The position numbers and the translations under genes are program-made. The notes beneath the pieces were generated by a model. It was not told the DNA's origin, made no database searches, and saw only the letters and a program-made list of their open reading frames with translations. Source: an archaeon (lineage in GTDB: Archaea; Iainarchaeota; Iainarchaeia; Iainarchaeales; 1-14-0-10-31-34). From it: a stretch of DNA of 61,160 nucleotides. Of the stretch, positions 1-9,060 are shown one piece after another. Position 1 is the stretch's first letter, and the number at the start of each line of letters is the position of its first letter. The DNA lies in contig JBDRFE010000029.1 of assembly GCA_043819075.1 (NCBI GenBank), forward strand, positions 1 to 61,160, read 5' to 3'.

Positions 1-162
1 GTCTGGTTTAATTCTGTTTTAAGGGAATTAATTTCAGTTAAATCGTTGCCTTGTTTTTCTTCTGCCTGCTGAACACAGCCAAAAACAGCAATTAATACAA
101 TTAACACAAAAAAAAGTTTTTTCATGAAATAATTTAGTTCAAACAAGTATATATTTTTTGGC

Positions 163-2070
163 TTATCCTGCGCCCCCGCCTCCACCGCCTCCTCCGCCCC
201 CGCCGCCGGAAAATCCTCCGGAGCTGGAAGTTGCAGTAGAAGAAGCAAACGCTGAAGAAAAGTTTGTCATAGCAGAAGCAAAGCTTGAAGCAGAAAATGC
301 ATGAGATGAAGCAACAAATATTGCACCATTATATTCTCCTTTATAATTTACAAAAACATGGTTCATTGCTTTTTCAACTTTTTTTGCAACACCCAAAGGA
401 ATTGAATACACTAAAAATTTTTCCCACAAAGGAATTGCAGTTGGCGGCATGTTCTTTAAATTGCTGAAGTCTTCTAAAAACTTTTTCAAATTCATCCATT
501 TAGCAAAATGTTCTGCGCCTTTTTTTGTCCTGTTAGGCAGTGCATCGGGAAAAACGCCTCCGGCAAGAAGCAATGCAGTCAAGACAATCAATGGCGCAAC
601 AAAAGGTGCAATAAAAAAAGAAATTCCTGCAATAACAATTGTTCCAATAACGTATTGAATTATTCCGTTCTTGTTTGAAAAAAATTCCATTTCTTTTGCA
701 TTATTTTTCACTTCATTCTGCCATGCTTTAACAAACTGCTGGGTTTTATACGGCTGGCTCTGCAAAAAACTGGTTAACTCTGATAAAAGCAGTTCTTTTG
801 GAGTTGAATCTTTTTTGAATTTAGGAAACAATATTCCTTCAAATTTTCCTTTTGCTGCCTCGCAAAGCAAGTCCAAAACCATTTTTTCGCTGAAAGCCGG
901 TCCTTTAGTTGAATCATTTTTGATGTGAATCTTGTATTCTCCTTTGTCTAAAAAAGCAGGTTTTCTTATTTCTTCTATTCTGAGTTTTCCTTTTAAGCAC
1001 AAATCAAGTATTTCTGCTGTAATCTGGTTGAAGTCAGGCTTTTTGCTCCACTGGTGCATTAAAGCATTAACTATTGCAGGGCTGTAATCAAACGGAATAT
1101 CTCTTTCATAAATTGCATTGTATTCAATTTCTGGTTCTCTTCCGAAAAAATGCCATACTAATGCAAACAAAATAATCTGAAGCAAAATTAATGCCATTGG
1201 AATTATGCCTGCGTTGAATAAAAGCAATGCGCCAAAGATGATTTCAAGAAAAAATAATCCAATGATTATTTTTATGAAAGTGTTTCTAATGAAAACCAGT
1301 ATGACTGCAAGAATAATGAATAAAGGGCTGAACACAAAACCAAACAAAAAACTTTCCTGCAGGCTTTTCACTTCAGAGTCCATGCTGTTTTTCTTGTAGT
1401 TTTTTTCTTCGTCAATTATTGACTGCAACCCGTCATAGTTTCTTGTTAAAGCATTTTGTTTTGACAAAAGCAGTTCAACAGGAAAAGCAATTCTTATTTC
1501 AACAAAATCATTGCTTCCTAAACCAAAAACCTGGAACAATATTTTCTTGTTTTCAATTAAGCCAATTTTTCCGTTCAGCTGCGGATGTCCCCAGACAAAA
1601 ACGTTGTTTGCATCCTGAACTTCAGCAGGAAGCTCTATCCATCCGTATAATTCGTTTAATGGAACCCCCCAGCCTTCTCCCCAGACTTTCCAGTTTAATT
1701 CAGCTACATCATTAAAAGCGGTTATTGCTTTTTTTAAAGAGTATTTTATTGTAAAAGTTTTTTTCTCATTCTCTGCAGAATAATACCATTTAATTCTTGT
1801 ATAATTTCCTATATCGCTTATTTCTGTCCGGAGTTCTTTTGTTCCTTCAAATACTTGGATGTTGCTTACTTCCCATTGGCCTTTTGGAATATCCCTGAAA
1901 GCAAAAGTGTAAGCTCCTGTAAAATCAAAGGTAATAATTTCTTCTGCCTGAATTAATGCATCTGGCTGGATTTTTAAGAAAACTTCTGCTTTTGGAAGGT
2001 AATAGCTTTTAGCTGAAGCAAAAGAAACCAGCATTAAAACAAAAAACAGAAACAAAATTTTTTTGTCCAT
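163..2070 (-). CDS. DUF2207-family membrane protein
   Basis: Signal peptide, soluble N-domain (LNWKVWGEGW..P), central TM helices, W..FL..F / LW...LVY.I.LG motifs, Ser/Gly-rich tail (SSGGFSGGGGGGGGGG). Confidence 0.85.
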   Translation of the reverse strand: MDKKILFLFFVLMLVSFASAKSYYLPKAEVFLKIQPDALIQAEEIITFDFTGAYTFAFRDIPKGQWEVSNIQVFEGTKELRTEISDIGNYTRIKWYYSAENEKKTFTIKYSLKKAITAFNDVAELNWKVWGEGWGVPLNELYGWIELPAEVQDANNVFVWGHPQLNGKIGLIENKKILFQVFGLGSNDFVEIRIAFPVELLLSKQNALTRNYDGLQSIIDEEKNYKKNSMDSEVKSLQESFLFGFVFSPLFIILAVILVFIRNTFIKIIIGLFFLEIIFGALLLFNAGIIPMALILLQIILFALVWHFFGREPEIEYNAIYERDIPFDYSPAIVNALMHQWSKKPDFNQITAEILDLCLKGKLRIEEIRKPAFLDKGEYKIHIKNDSTKGPAFSEKMVLDLLCEAAKGKFEGILFPKFKKDSTPKELLLSELTSFLQSQPYKTQQFVKAWQNEVKNNAKEMEFFSNKNGIIQYVIGTIVIAGISFFIAPFVAPLIVLTALLLAGGVFPDALPNRTKKGAEHFAKWMNLKKFLEDFSNLKNMPPTAIPLWEKFLVYSIPLGVAKKVEKAMNHVFVNYKGEYNGAIFVASSHAFSASSFASAMTNFSSAFASSTATSSSGGFSGGGGGGGGGGGGAG

Positions 2071-2151
2071 AGAGAAAATAACTGCGGTTTTTAATTTAAT
2101 TCTTGCGGTTTAATTGCATACTTTTTTATTCCAGTTTTTCCTATTATTGTT

Positions 2152-3966
2152 GTGTTTAATTTAAAGCCTGATTTAGAGAAATTCCTTGTTATTTTAATTA
2201 TTGTTAATTTTCTTGTTATTGTTTTTCCTTTATTTCAGTTTCCTCTCCCCCAAAATCTTTACCCTGATTCAGCCCAGCATTACACCATGATTGAATTAAT
2301 AAAAGAAGATTTTAAGTGGGTTAACTATAATCCTGGCTATAGGAAAGCATTTCATTTAATGAGTGCTGTTGTTTCAAATTTCACTTCAGTTGGCATTGCA
2401 ATGGCTTTAGTCACATCATTTTTTGTTGCTTTGCTGATTTTTTTCTCTTTTAAGCTGGCTTTGCTTTTATCCAATGACAGGCTTGTTTCATTGTTCACTG
2501 CATTGCTTGTTTCAGGAATAACTATTGTTTCTGATGTTGGCTCAATTCCAAGCCCTGTTCCCCAGACAATTGGCTTGAGCTTGGGGATTATTTCCATGTA
2601 TTATTTTTTTAAGGAAGACTGGAAGGCAACAGGAATAGCAATCGGATTGTATGCTTTAACCCATACTTCTTTTCTTTATTTTATTGCCTTGATGGCTTTG
2701 GCTTCAGTTACAGAGTTATTCAAAGACAATAAACTAAATAAACTTGTTACTTTTGCAAAATCTTTTTCTGTTGTTTTAGTTGTGGTTGTTTTAACTGCTT
2801 TTCTTTCGCTTTCTGCCAAGATTTCTTTTTTTGATGTTTCCCCAAAAATAGCCATTTTAGGGCATGTTTCCCCTTTAAGTTTTCTTGATGTAACAGCCCC
2901 TTTTGGGATTATTCTTGTGGCTTTTTTCAGTGTTTTTTATTTCAGGAAAAAAATTTTTGAGGAATTAAACCATTTTATTGTGTTTTTGTGGCTTGTTTCT
3001 CCGATTTTGTTTTCCCAGATTTACTGGCTGGAGCTTCAATGGTTTCCAACCCAAAGAACATTAATTTTTATGCTGTTTCCTCTGGCGTTTTTTTCTGCAG
3101 AGGCGGTGTCGTTAATTAAAAACAAAAAAATCCTTTTTGTTCTTTCAGCGGTTTTTCTCCTTTTTTCTTTTTTCAGCCATTTTTATTTTTATGAAGAAAT
3201 GCCAAAAAATGATTTCAAGAAAGTTGTTGGAAAAGAAGACTTGGAAGTGATAAATTTTTTGAAGGAAAAGCCTTTGGACGAAATTGTTGTGGCAGAAAAC
3301 AAGTATAGCTATATGATTATTTTAAGCCACAAAAAACTGTCTTCCCAGAGGAATTTCTGGTTTATTTTAGTTGAAAAAAACATGAACAAACTTCTTGACT
3401 TGCATGATATAAAATATTTTTTGATAGACAAAGACAATTTTGAAAACTTTGAAGTAATTGAAGGGCTGGAAAAAGAATTTGAAAACAAAGAATTTGTTTT
3501 ACTTAAGGTAAAAAAAGAAGTGAAACCTGTGAAAACAGACAGACTGGAGGATTATGTTGTTGCGTTAGTTGCTTTTTGGGATCCAATCCGCACAACACAG
3601 AGCCTGGAGCCAAAATTCTTTAAAATAACCGCAACAGACACAAAAGAAGAAGTCTGTATTCTGGTTTATGATGGGTTAAATGTTTCTCCATGTCCGGAAA
3701 AAATTGACTTTGAAGTGAGCGGAAAAAAAGAAACATTAGTTGAGCTAATGAATTCTTTTAACAAGGAGTACTTTTACTTGAAAGCAGCTTATTTTATCAG
3801 AAAAAAAGAACTTCAAGTTCATCCGGATGAAATTGATTTTTTGGGGGAAGGCCCTTATCACATAACTTATTTAGCTCATACTTATTCCTGGGTAGGTGGA
3901 CCAGAGTACTCTAAGCCAAATCTTTTGATTGGAAAGTTTTTTTGGGATATCGGGCTTAACAGGTAA
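2152..3966 (+). CDS. Polytopic membrane protein, GT-C glycosyltransferase-like, with soluble C-terminal domain
   Basis: GTG start; first TM followed by PDSAQH (D..H loop typical of GT-C folds); about 10 further hydrophobic segments; about 250-aa soluble tail. Confidence 0.5.
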   Translation: MFNLKPDLEKFLVILIIVNFLVIVFPLFQFPLPQNLYPDSAQHYTMIELIKEDFKWVNYNPGYRKAFHLMSAVVSNFTSVGIAMALVTSFFVALLIFFSFKLALLLSNDRLVSLFTALLVSGITIVSDVGSIPSPVPQTIGLSLGIISMYYFFKEDWKATGIAIGLYALTHTSFLYFIALMALASVTELFKDNKLNKLVTFAKSFSVVLVVVVLTAFLSLSAKISFFDVSPKIAILGHVSPLSFLDVTAPFGIILVAFFSVFYFRKKIFEELNHFIVFLWLVSPILFSQIYWLELQWFPTQRTLIFMLFPLAFFSAEAVSLIKNKKILFVLSAVFLLFSFFSHFYFYEEMPKNDFKKVVGKEDLEVINFLKEKPLDEIVVAENKYSYMIILSHKKLSSQRNFWFILVEKNMNKLLDLHDIKYFLIDKDNFENFEVIEGLEKEFENKEFVLLKVKKEVKPVKTDRLEDYVVALVAFWDPIRTTQSLEPKFFKITATDTKEEVCILVYDGLNVSPCPEKIDFEVSGKKETLVELMNSFNKEYFYLKAAYFIRKKELQVHPDEIDFLGEGPYHITYLAHTYSWVGGPEYSKPNLLIGKFFWDIGLNR

Positions 3967-3989
3967 ACCAGTTTTTGTCTTTTAATTTT

Positions 3990-4682
3990 TCAGGCAAACC
4001 TTGGGATAAAACCCGGTTTTCTTCTTGTTTTTTCCCTGAACTTTTTTGGAAGCTCTCTTGCTTTTTTCATTATTTTTGTTATTTTCTTTGGTTCAGTTGC
4101 TTTTTCTATTGCTTTCCTGTAAGGAAACCTTCCATAAATTCCTTCTCTTCCATGATATAATGACAGGACTTTTTCTCTTGGAAAACCCATTCTGACAGCA
4201 ATTTTTGCGCTCATTAAATCAGCAATTAATTCTTCTGCCTGATTCGGGGTTAAATGAATTTCTCTTGAAAACTCAAAAACATTTCTTGTCGGATCATGGC
4301 ATATTTCGTGCATTAAAGTTTTCATGCCTTCCCATGAAGGAATGTTTCCGTGAAAAAAATGGTCTGCTGGAATTTCAATTAATCTTCCTTCCGGAACAAC
4401 TTTAAGCAAACCGCCTTGCCTTACAAGCCTGATGTTTTGCTTGTGTTCGCCTAAAACCTCTGAAGCAATAAAATGTTTTCCAATCTGAAAAACAGTTCTT
4501 GAAAGAGAATCTTTTGGATAAAAGTTTATGGGAACTGTCTCTAAATTAGTTAAAGCCCTTTCAAATGCTTCTCTTAAAACAGAATTGTTTTCATGTTTAA
4601 TCATTTCTTGTACTGCTGCCTGCATTTTTTTCCTGAAATAATTCAGGGTCCTAACTCTTTCTCTGCTCAAGATTTTTGCCAT
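3990..4682 (-). CDS. Basic hypothetical protein with HExxH motif
   Basis: 230-aa ORF, LMHEICHD zincin-like motif, K/R-rich ends. Confidence 0.55.
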   Translation of the reverse strand: MAKILSRERVRTLNYFRKKMQAAVQEMIKHENNSVLREAFERALTNLETVPINFYPKDSLSRTVFQIGKHFIASEVLGEHKQNIRLVRQGGLLKVVPEGRLIEIPADHFFHGNIPSWEGMKTLMHEICHDPTRNVFEFSREIHLTPNQAEELIADLMSAKIAVRMGFPREKVLSLYHGREGIYGRFPYRKAIEKATEPKKITKIMKKARELPKKFREKTRRKPGFIPRFA

Positions 4683-4731
4683 GCTCTCAGTATAAAAAAG
4701 TGTTAAAGTTTATTTAATCTTTCCGCTATTT

Positions 4732-5094
4732 TTATTCAAAAACTGTTTCGTCTTCTTTTTTCCAAGAAGGTTCCACAATGCACAAGATTTCAAGCTGTTT
4801 TTTCCCTGTGTTCTTAATCCACTGAACAGCATTTGGAGGAATGTAAACTACATCGCCTTTTTCTACTTCTCTTTTTTCTTTGTCAACAAACATTAATCCT
4901 TTTCCTTCTAAAATAAAATAAACTTCACTGCTTTTGAGCGTGTGTTTTGTGCTTGTTTTTCCCACAACAACTCTTGCGTGCGCCAAACTATAATTTAATT
5001 CCATTTTCTCTTTTAATGCATTAAAATATTCCCTTAAAATTGAATGGTCGCCTGCAGTGAATTCTTTTAAGTCTTTAAACTTTCTTACAAACAT
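4732..5094 (-). CDS. Cupin-domain protein
   Basis: H.L..SEVYFILEGKG and GDVVYIPP cupin motifs. Confidence 0.9.
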   Translation of the reverse strand: MFVRKFKDLKEFTAGDHSILREYFNALKEKMELNYSLAHARVVVGKTSTKHTLKSSEVYFILEGKGLMFVDKEKREVEKGDVVYIPPNAVQWIKNTGKKQLEILCIVEPSWKKEDETVFE

Positions 5095-5148
5095 TTTATT
5101 TCAGCCCCTTTAAGTATTTAATCAAACAAATTCCGCCTATTTTTAATA

Positions 5149-5224
5149 GGTGGTTTAACGCAGTGGAATTTGTAACGTCAAAAACCACCACGCCACTGGT
5201 CTTTGACCAGTAGTTTTTGACATT
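5149..5224 (-). other. Structured intergenic element (bulged long hairpin with alternative pairings)
   Basis: 5174-5185 pairs with 5213-5224, 5194-5201 with 5205-5212; 5149-5156 is complementary to 5182-5189 and 5161-5166 to 5193-5198. The mismatches become G-U pairs on the minus strand. Confidence 0.5.
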
Positions 5225-5240
5225 TCCTTTCAAACACATT

Positions 5241-5921
5241 TTATTTCAGCCTCGCCTGAATTTTTTCGCTGGTTAATTCCTTTAAAGCATCTGAGGCAAT
5301 CCATTTAGCGCTCTTTGAATTAATTTTCTTAATCTTTTTCCCCCATGCAATGGCTTTTTTGTTTAGTTTTTTGTTTCTTTTGCCGATCTGCCTTAAAGCC
5401 CAGTTAACAGCTTTTTTAACAAAATTCCTTTCATCAGCTGAATGCTTTTTTATGAGAGGAAAAAATTTTTCAAATTCCTTGTCTTTTGCTTTCTTGTCAT
5501 GAACAGATAAACAAGCCATTAACACAAAGCCGGCTCTTTTCACAAACTCTTCTTTTCTTTCACTCCATTCACTTGCTTTCTTCCAGGCAAACTCTGTTTT
5601 GTCAAACAAGTTTGAACAAACCTGGTCGCATACATCCCATGAATCAAATTCTTTTACCCAGTCTTCTAACTGTTTTTCTGTTGTTTTTCCTGTTTCATCC
5701 ACATATCCTGCCATAATTCTTGCTTCATGGACTCCGGTTTTCCATAAAGCTAAAGCAAGTTCGTGGCTGAACCCGTGTTTTTTTGCGAGCTCTCTTACAA
5801 CGTAAACGCTTACCCCAAAAGCTTTTTCTGTTTTAATGCCGAATCTAGCCATTCCTTTTCGGTTTTTTTCGTTTCCGCGCTTTTTTAGTTCACGCAGAAT
5901 TCCTTTTATTTTACCATCCAT
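5241..5921 (-). CDS. DNA alkylation repair protein (AlkD-like HEAT-repeat family)
   Basis: DSWDVCDQVC, W...EEFVKRAGF, DERNFVKKAVNWALRQIGKR motifs; start moved to MDGKIK. Confidence 0.88.
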   Translation of the reverse strand: MDGKIKGILRELKKRGNEKNRKGMARFGIKTEKAFGVSVYVVRELAKKHGFSHELALALWKTGVHEARIMAGYVDETGKTTEKQLEDWVKEFDSWDVCDQVCSNLFDKTEFAWKKASEWSERKEEFVKRAGFVLMACLSVHDKKAKDKEFEKFFPLIKKHSADERNFVKKAVNWALRQIGKRNKKLNKKAIAWGKKIKKINSKSAKWIASDALKELTSEKIQARLK

Positions 5922-7083
5922 AGTGTTTTGCCTGGCTGTAGCCAAAAGCTTTTGTTGCAGGAATTATTCCCTTGAAAATAAATCCTGGCTTTTGGATTAA
6001 CAGCCTTAAAACCATTGTTATTTTTTCTATTGCAGAAACCTCGCCTACATTTTCCGGCAAAAATCCTGCAATAAAATCAAGTTCTTTGTCAGAAAAATCG
6101 TATAATGCTGTCCTTCCCTTAAGTATTTCAGAATAATCTGGGAACTCTTTTTTCCATAATCTTTCGTATTCACTGAGAGTTTCTTTTGAGAAATCATTTT
6201 TTTCCACTGCTTTTTTTACAACCTGTGCGGCAAACTTTCCGGAAGTCAACCCCAAAGAGGTTCCTCCTTCAAACATAGGGGAAGTGAATCCAGCTGCATC
6301 GCCGACAAGAATTAACCCTGAATCAAATGTTTTTTGCATTGGCCCTGAACAAGGGATTAACCCGCCAAAAGTTTTCACCACAATTTTGTTTTCCCATTTC
6401 ATTTCTTTAATGAATTCATCCAAGAAAAATTTTGCCTTGTTTTTCTGGTTGGTAACTAATCCGACATTAGCCCTTCCGCCTGATTTTGGAATCATCCATA
6501 AGTATCCGTCAGGTGCAAGTTTTGGCCACAAAAAAAAGTCAAGATAGCCTGTTTCCGGAATATCCTTTAATTCATACTGCATCCCAATAACACTTTCAAA
6601 CCTTTTATTGAGATTTAGTTTTGCTGAAAGAAAAGAGGCAGAGCCTGTTGCATCAATTAAAATTTTTGCATTGAATTCAGTTTTGTCAGAGCATTTTACT
6701 TTCCAGAAATTGTTTTGCCTTACTGCATCAGTTACTTTAGAGTTAAGCCTTTTTTGTGCACCATTTTTTTCTGCTTCCCCTGCAATCCATTGTTCGAATT
6801 TGTGTTTTTCAAGGACAAAGCCTTTTTCTTTTACATAAAAGCTTTTTTTGCCGGGAAAAATAACTCTTACTCCGTTAACTTCTTTTGAAATAACTTCTTT
6901 GGGAAAATTCATTCCAAGCCTTTGTATGGCTAATTCAGAAAGGCATTCCCCGCAATGAACTGGCTTCCCAATTGTCTTGTGTTCTTCCAGAAGCAGTGTT
7001 TTTAATCCAAATTTGGCTGAATAAAGCGCGGCAGAACATCCTGCTGGCCCTGCACCGATTACAATCACGTCAAATTCTTGCAT
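5911..7083 (-). CDS. Geranylgeranyl reductase-family FAD oxidoreductase
   Basis: DVIVIGAGPAG, PVHCGE, GY.W..PK, LVGDAAG..SP..EGG motifs. Confidence 0.88.
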   Translation of the reverse strand: MQEFDVIVIGAGPAGCSAALYSAKFGLKTLLLEEHKTIGKPVHCGECLSELAIQRLGMNFPKEVISKEVNGVRVIFPGKKSFYVKEKGFVLEKHKFEQWIAGEAEKNGAQKRLNSKVTDAVRQNNFWKVKCSDKTEFNAKILIDATGSASFLSAKLNLNKRFESVIGMQYELKDIPETGYLDFFLWPKLAPDGYLWMIPKSGGRANVGLVTNQKNKAKFFLDEFIKEMKWENKIVVKTFGGLIPCSGPMQKTFDSGLILVGDAAGFTSPMFEGGTSLGLTSGKFAAQVVKKAVEKNDFSKETLSEYERLWKKEFPDYSEILKGRTALYDFSDKELDFIAGFLPENVGEVSAIEKITMVLRLLIQKPGFIFKGIIPATKAFGYSQAKHYGW

Positions 7084-7191
7084 TGAACCACTTTAGGCCG
7101 CCCCTAATAAACCTTTTTTTCAGTTAAGTTATTAAATAATTGAGCAATCCTTTTTTATTGTTTTTTTAATTTATTCCTGCTTAATTATTGT

Positions 7192-7818
7192 ATGAAAGCA
7201 CTTTTATTGTTAAGCGGGGGCATTGACAGCCCTGTGGCAGGTTTTCTTGCAAAACAAAAAGCAGAAGTTTTTTGCCTTCATTTTTCTTCAGTGAAAATAA
7301 CAGGCACTGCGGCAAAAGAAAAATCAAAAAAGATAGCGGAAAAGCTTGGAGCAGAATTTTTTTGCATAGATTTTTCTGATGCACTGCAGGAAATAGTGAA
7401 AAAAACAGACAGAAAGCTTTATTTTGTTTTAATGAAAAGGCTTATGCTTAAAACAGCTGAAAGAATCTGCGAGAAAAAAGGCTTTGATTTGATTGTTACA
7501 GGCGAAAACTTAGGCCAGGTTTCTTCTCAGACCTTGCAGAATCTTGTGTCAATTTCTTTTGGAGTAAAAAAGCCGGTTGCAAGGCCTTTGTTGTGTTTTG
7601 ACAAACAGGAAATAATTGACCTGTCAAAAAAGCTTGGCTTTTATGAATTATCGTCTGGCCCTGAAACATGTGATGTGCTTGGACCAAAACATCCTGCAAC
7701 AAAGTCGTTTCAGGCAATGGTTTCAGCAGAAGAAAAAAAAGCCGGTTTTGAGGAAATAACAGAAAAACTGCTTTTATCTTTTGAAAAACAAACAAAAACC
7801 CAGAAAACCACTGAATAA
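7192..7818 (+). CDS. ThiI-like tRNA sulfurtransferase catalytic (PP-loop) domain lacking THUMP
   Basis: Starts directly at LLSGGIDSPVA; has TGENLGQVSSQT, RPL..DK.EI and PETC...PKHPAT; only 208 aa. Confidence 0.85.
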   Translation: MKALLLLSGGIDSPVAGFLAKQKAEVFCLHFSSVKITGTAAKEKSKKIAEKLGAEFFCIDFSDALQEIVKKTDRKLYFVLMKRLMLKTAERICEKKGFDLIVTGENLGQVSSQTLQNLVSISFGVKKPVARPLLCFDKQEIIDLSKKLGFYELSSGPETCDVLGPKHPATKSFQAMVSAEEKKAGFEEITEKLLLSFEKQTKTQKTTE

Positions 7819-7883
7819 AAAACAAAGATTTATTAATCAAAGAACAATATTTATATCATTATTTTAGTTTTTGGAGGGATAAT

Positions 7884-8048
7884 ATGAGTGATTTCACAAA
7901 AAAAGGAAGCATTGTCTTTGGATTAATAATGTTCGCTATTGGAGTGGCATGGGTTGTTAAACCAATGGCAGCTAACTGGGGTGCACTCTCAGTAGTGTGG
8001 TTTGGCGTAGGTGCATTAGCTTTCAGCTTGTCTAAATTCAGCAAGTGA
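7884..8048 (+). CDS. 54-aa two-TM small membrane protein (not in ORF track)
   Basis: GGAGG SD before ATG; MSDFTKKGSIVFGLIMFAIGVAWVVKPMAANWGALSVVWFGVGALAFSLSKFSK. Confidence 0.75.
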   Translation: MSDFTKKGSIVFGLIMFAIGVAWVVKPMAANWGALSVVWFGVGALAFSLSKFSK

Positions 8049-8136
8049 ATCCTTTTTTTCATGTGTTTTTCCAGAAAATCCTTAATTATGTATAAGTATC
8101 TTGCTTGTTTTAACTTTTTCCCATCATTTTTTTTTT

Positions 8137-9060
8137 ATGCAGGAAAAAGTTTTCGCGGAGCATTTTGGTAAAACTTTGGAAAAAGTTTTTGTTTTAAGGT
8201 CATCTTCTGAGATTCACTTAAAAACCTATTTTGTCAGGCAGTTTTTCCTGAAAAAATTAATTTCCAACCTAAAGCAGTGCCTGAAAAACAACGGGTTAAA
8301 GCTTGTTGTTTCAGCCAGATTTTCAGGCATAATTGTGTGTAGGACAGGCGATAACGCCAAAGCAATTCCTTTAATGAAAAAAGTTTTTGGAATCCATTCT
8401 TTTTCTCTTGCAGAACAGCATGTTTTTTCTTCCCTTGAAGAACTGAAAAAAATCTTTCTTTTGTTTGCGCAAAAAAACCTTTTTGAAGGAGATGTTTTTG
8501 CCTTAAGGATTTCAAGGAACGGAAAACACTCTTTTTCTTCAAATGATGTTGCAGTTGAATGCGGACAGGAAATAATGGATTCAATTAATGGCCTGAAAGT
8601 CAATCTTTCAAAGCCTTCTAAAAAGATTTTCGCTGATATCATTGGAAAAAAGGTTTTTCTTTACACGGAAAAATTTGCCGGAGCAAAAGGAATTCCGGTT
8701 GGAGTTGAAGGAAAAACAGGCCTGTTGATGGATGGAATTAAAGAGGAATTAGTTTCAGCTTTTTTGATGATGAAAAGAGGCTGCAGTATTTTTCCTGTAA
8801 TAAAAAAAATGACTCCAGAAATAAAAAAGAACTTAAACCTGCTTTCTGAATGGAATTCTTTTACTGACTTCAAGCCAATCCTTTTATCTGAAATAAAAAA
8901 AGAAAAAGCTTTTTTGTCAGCCCTTGTTTCAGCAAAAAAAGAAACACAATTAATTGAAATAACTGAACTGCAGGAAAAAACCGGGTTTGTTGTTTTTTTC
9001 CCGCTGGCTTTTTTTCCGCCGGAATCCTTTGACGAAATACTTTTGGCGGTGAATGCATGA
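8137..9060 (+). CDS. THUMP-domain ThiI-like protein with degenerate PP-loop
   Basis: KVFGIHSFS, FALRISR.GKH.F.S, VNLSKP (NFLD+THUMP); G.PVG..GK followed by LLMDGIKE in place of LLSGGIDS, then FLMMKRG. Confidence 0.8.
   Translation: MQEKVFAEHFGKTLEKVFVLRSSSEIHLKTYFVRQFFLKKLISNLKQCLKNNGLKLVVSARFSGIIVCRTGDNAKAIPLMKKVFGIHSFSLAEQHVFSSLEELKKIFLLFAQKNLFEGDVFALRISRNGKHSFSSNDVAVECGQEIMDSINGLKVNLSKPSKKIFADIIGKKVFLYTEKFAGAKGIPVGVEGKTGLLMDGIKEELVSAFLMMKRGCSIFPVIKKMTPEIKKNLNLLSEWNSFTDFKPILLSEIKKEKAFLSALVSAKKETQLIEITELQEKTGFVVFFPLAFFPPESFDEILLAVNA

Noticed and set aside
166-226. GC-rich tract at the window start
   Set aside because: It encodes the Gly/Ser tail that is standard for DUF2207 proteins.
2083-2115. 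TGCGGTTT direct repeat at 21-bp spacing between divergent genes
   Set aside because: Only two 8-mers, no third copy or linked regulator; too weak to call an operator.
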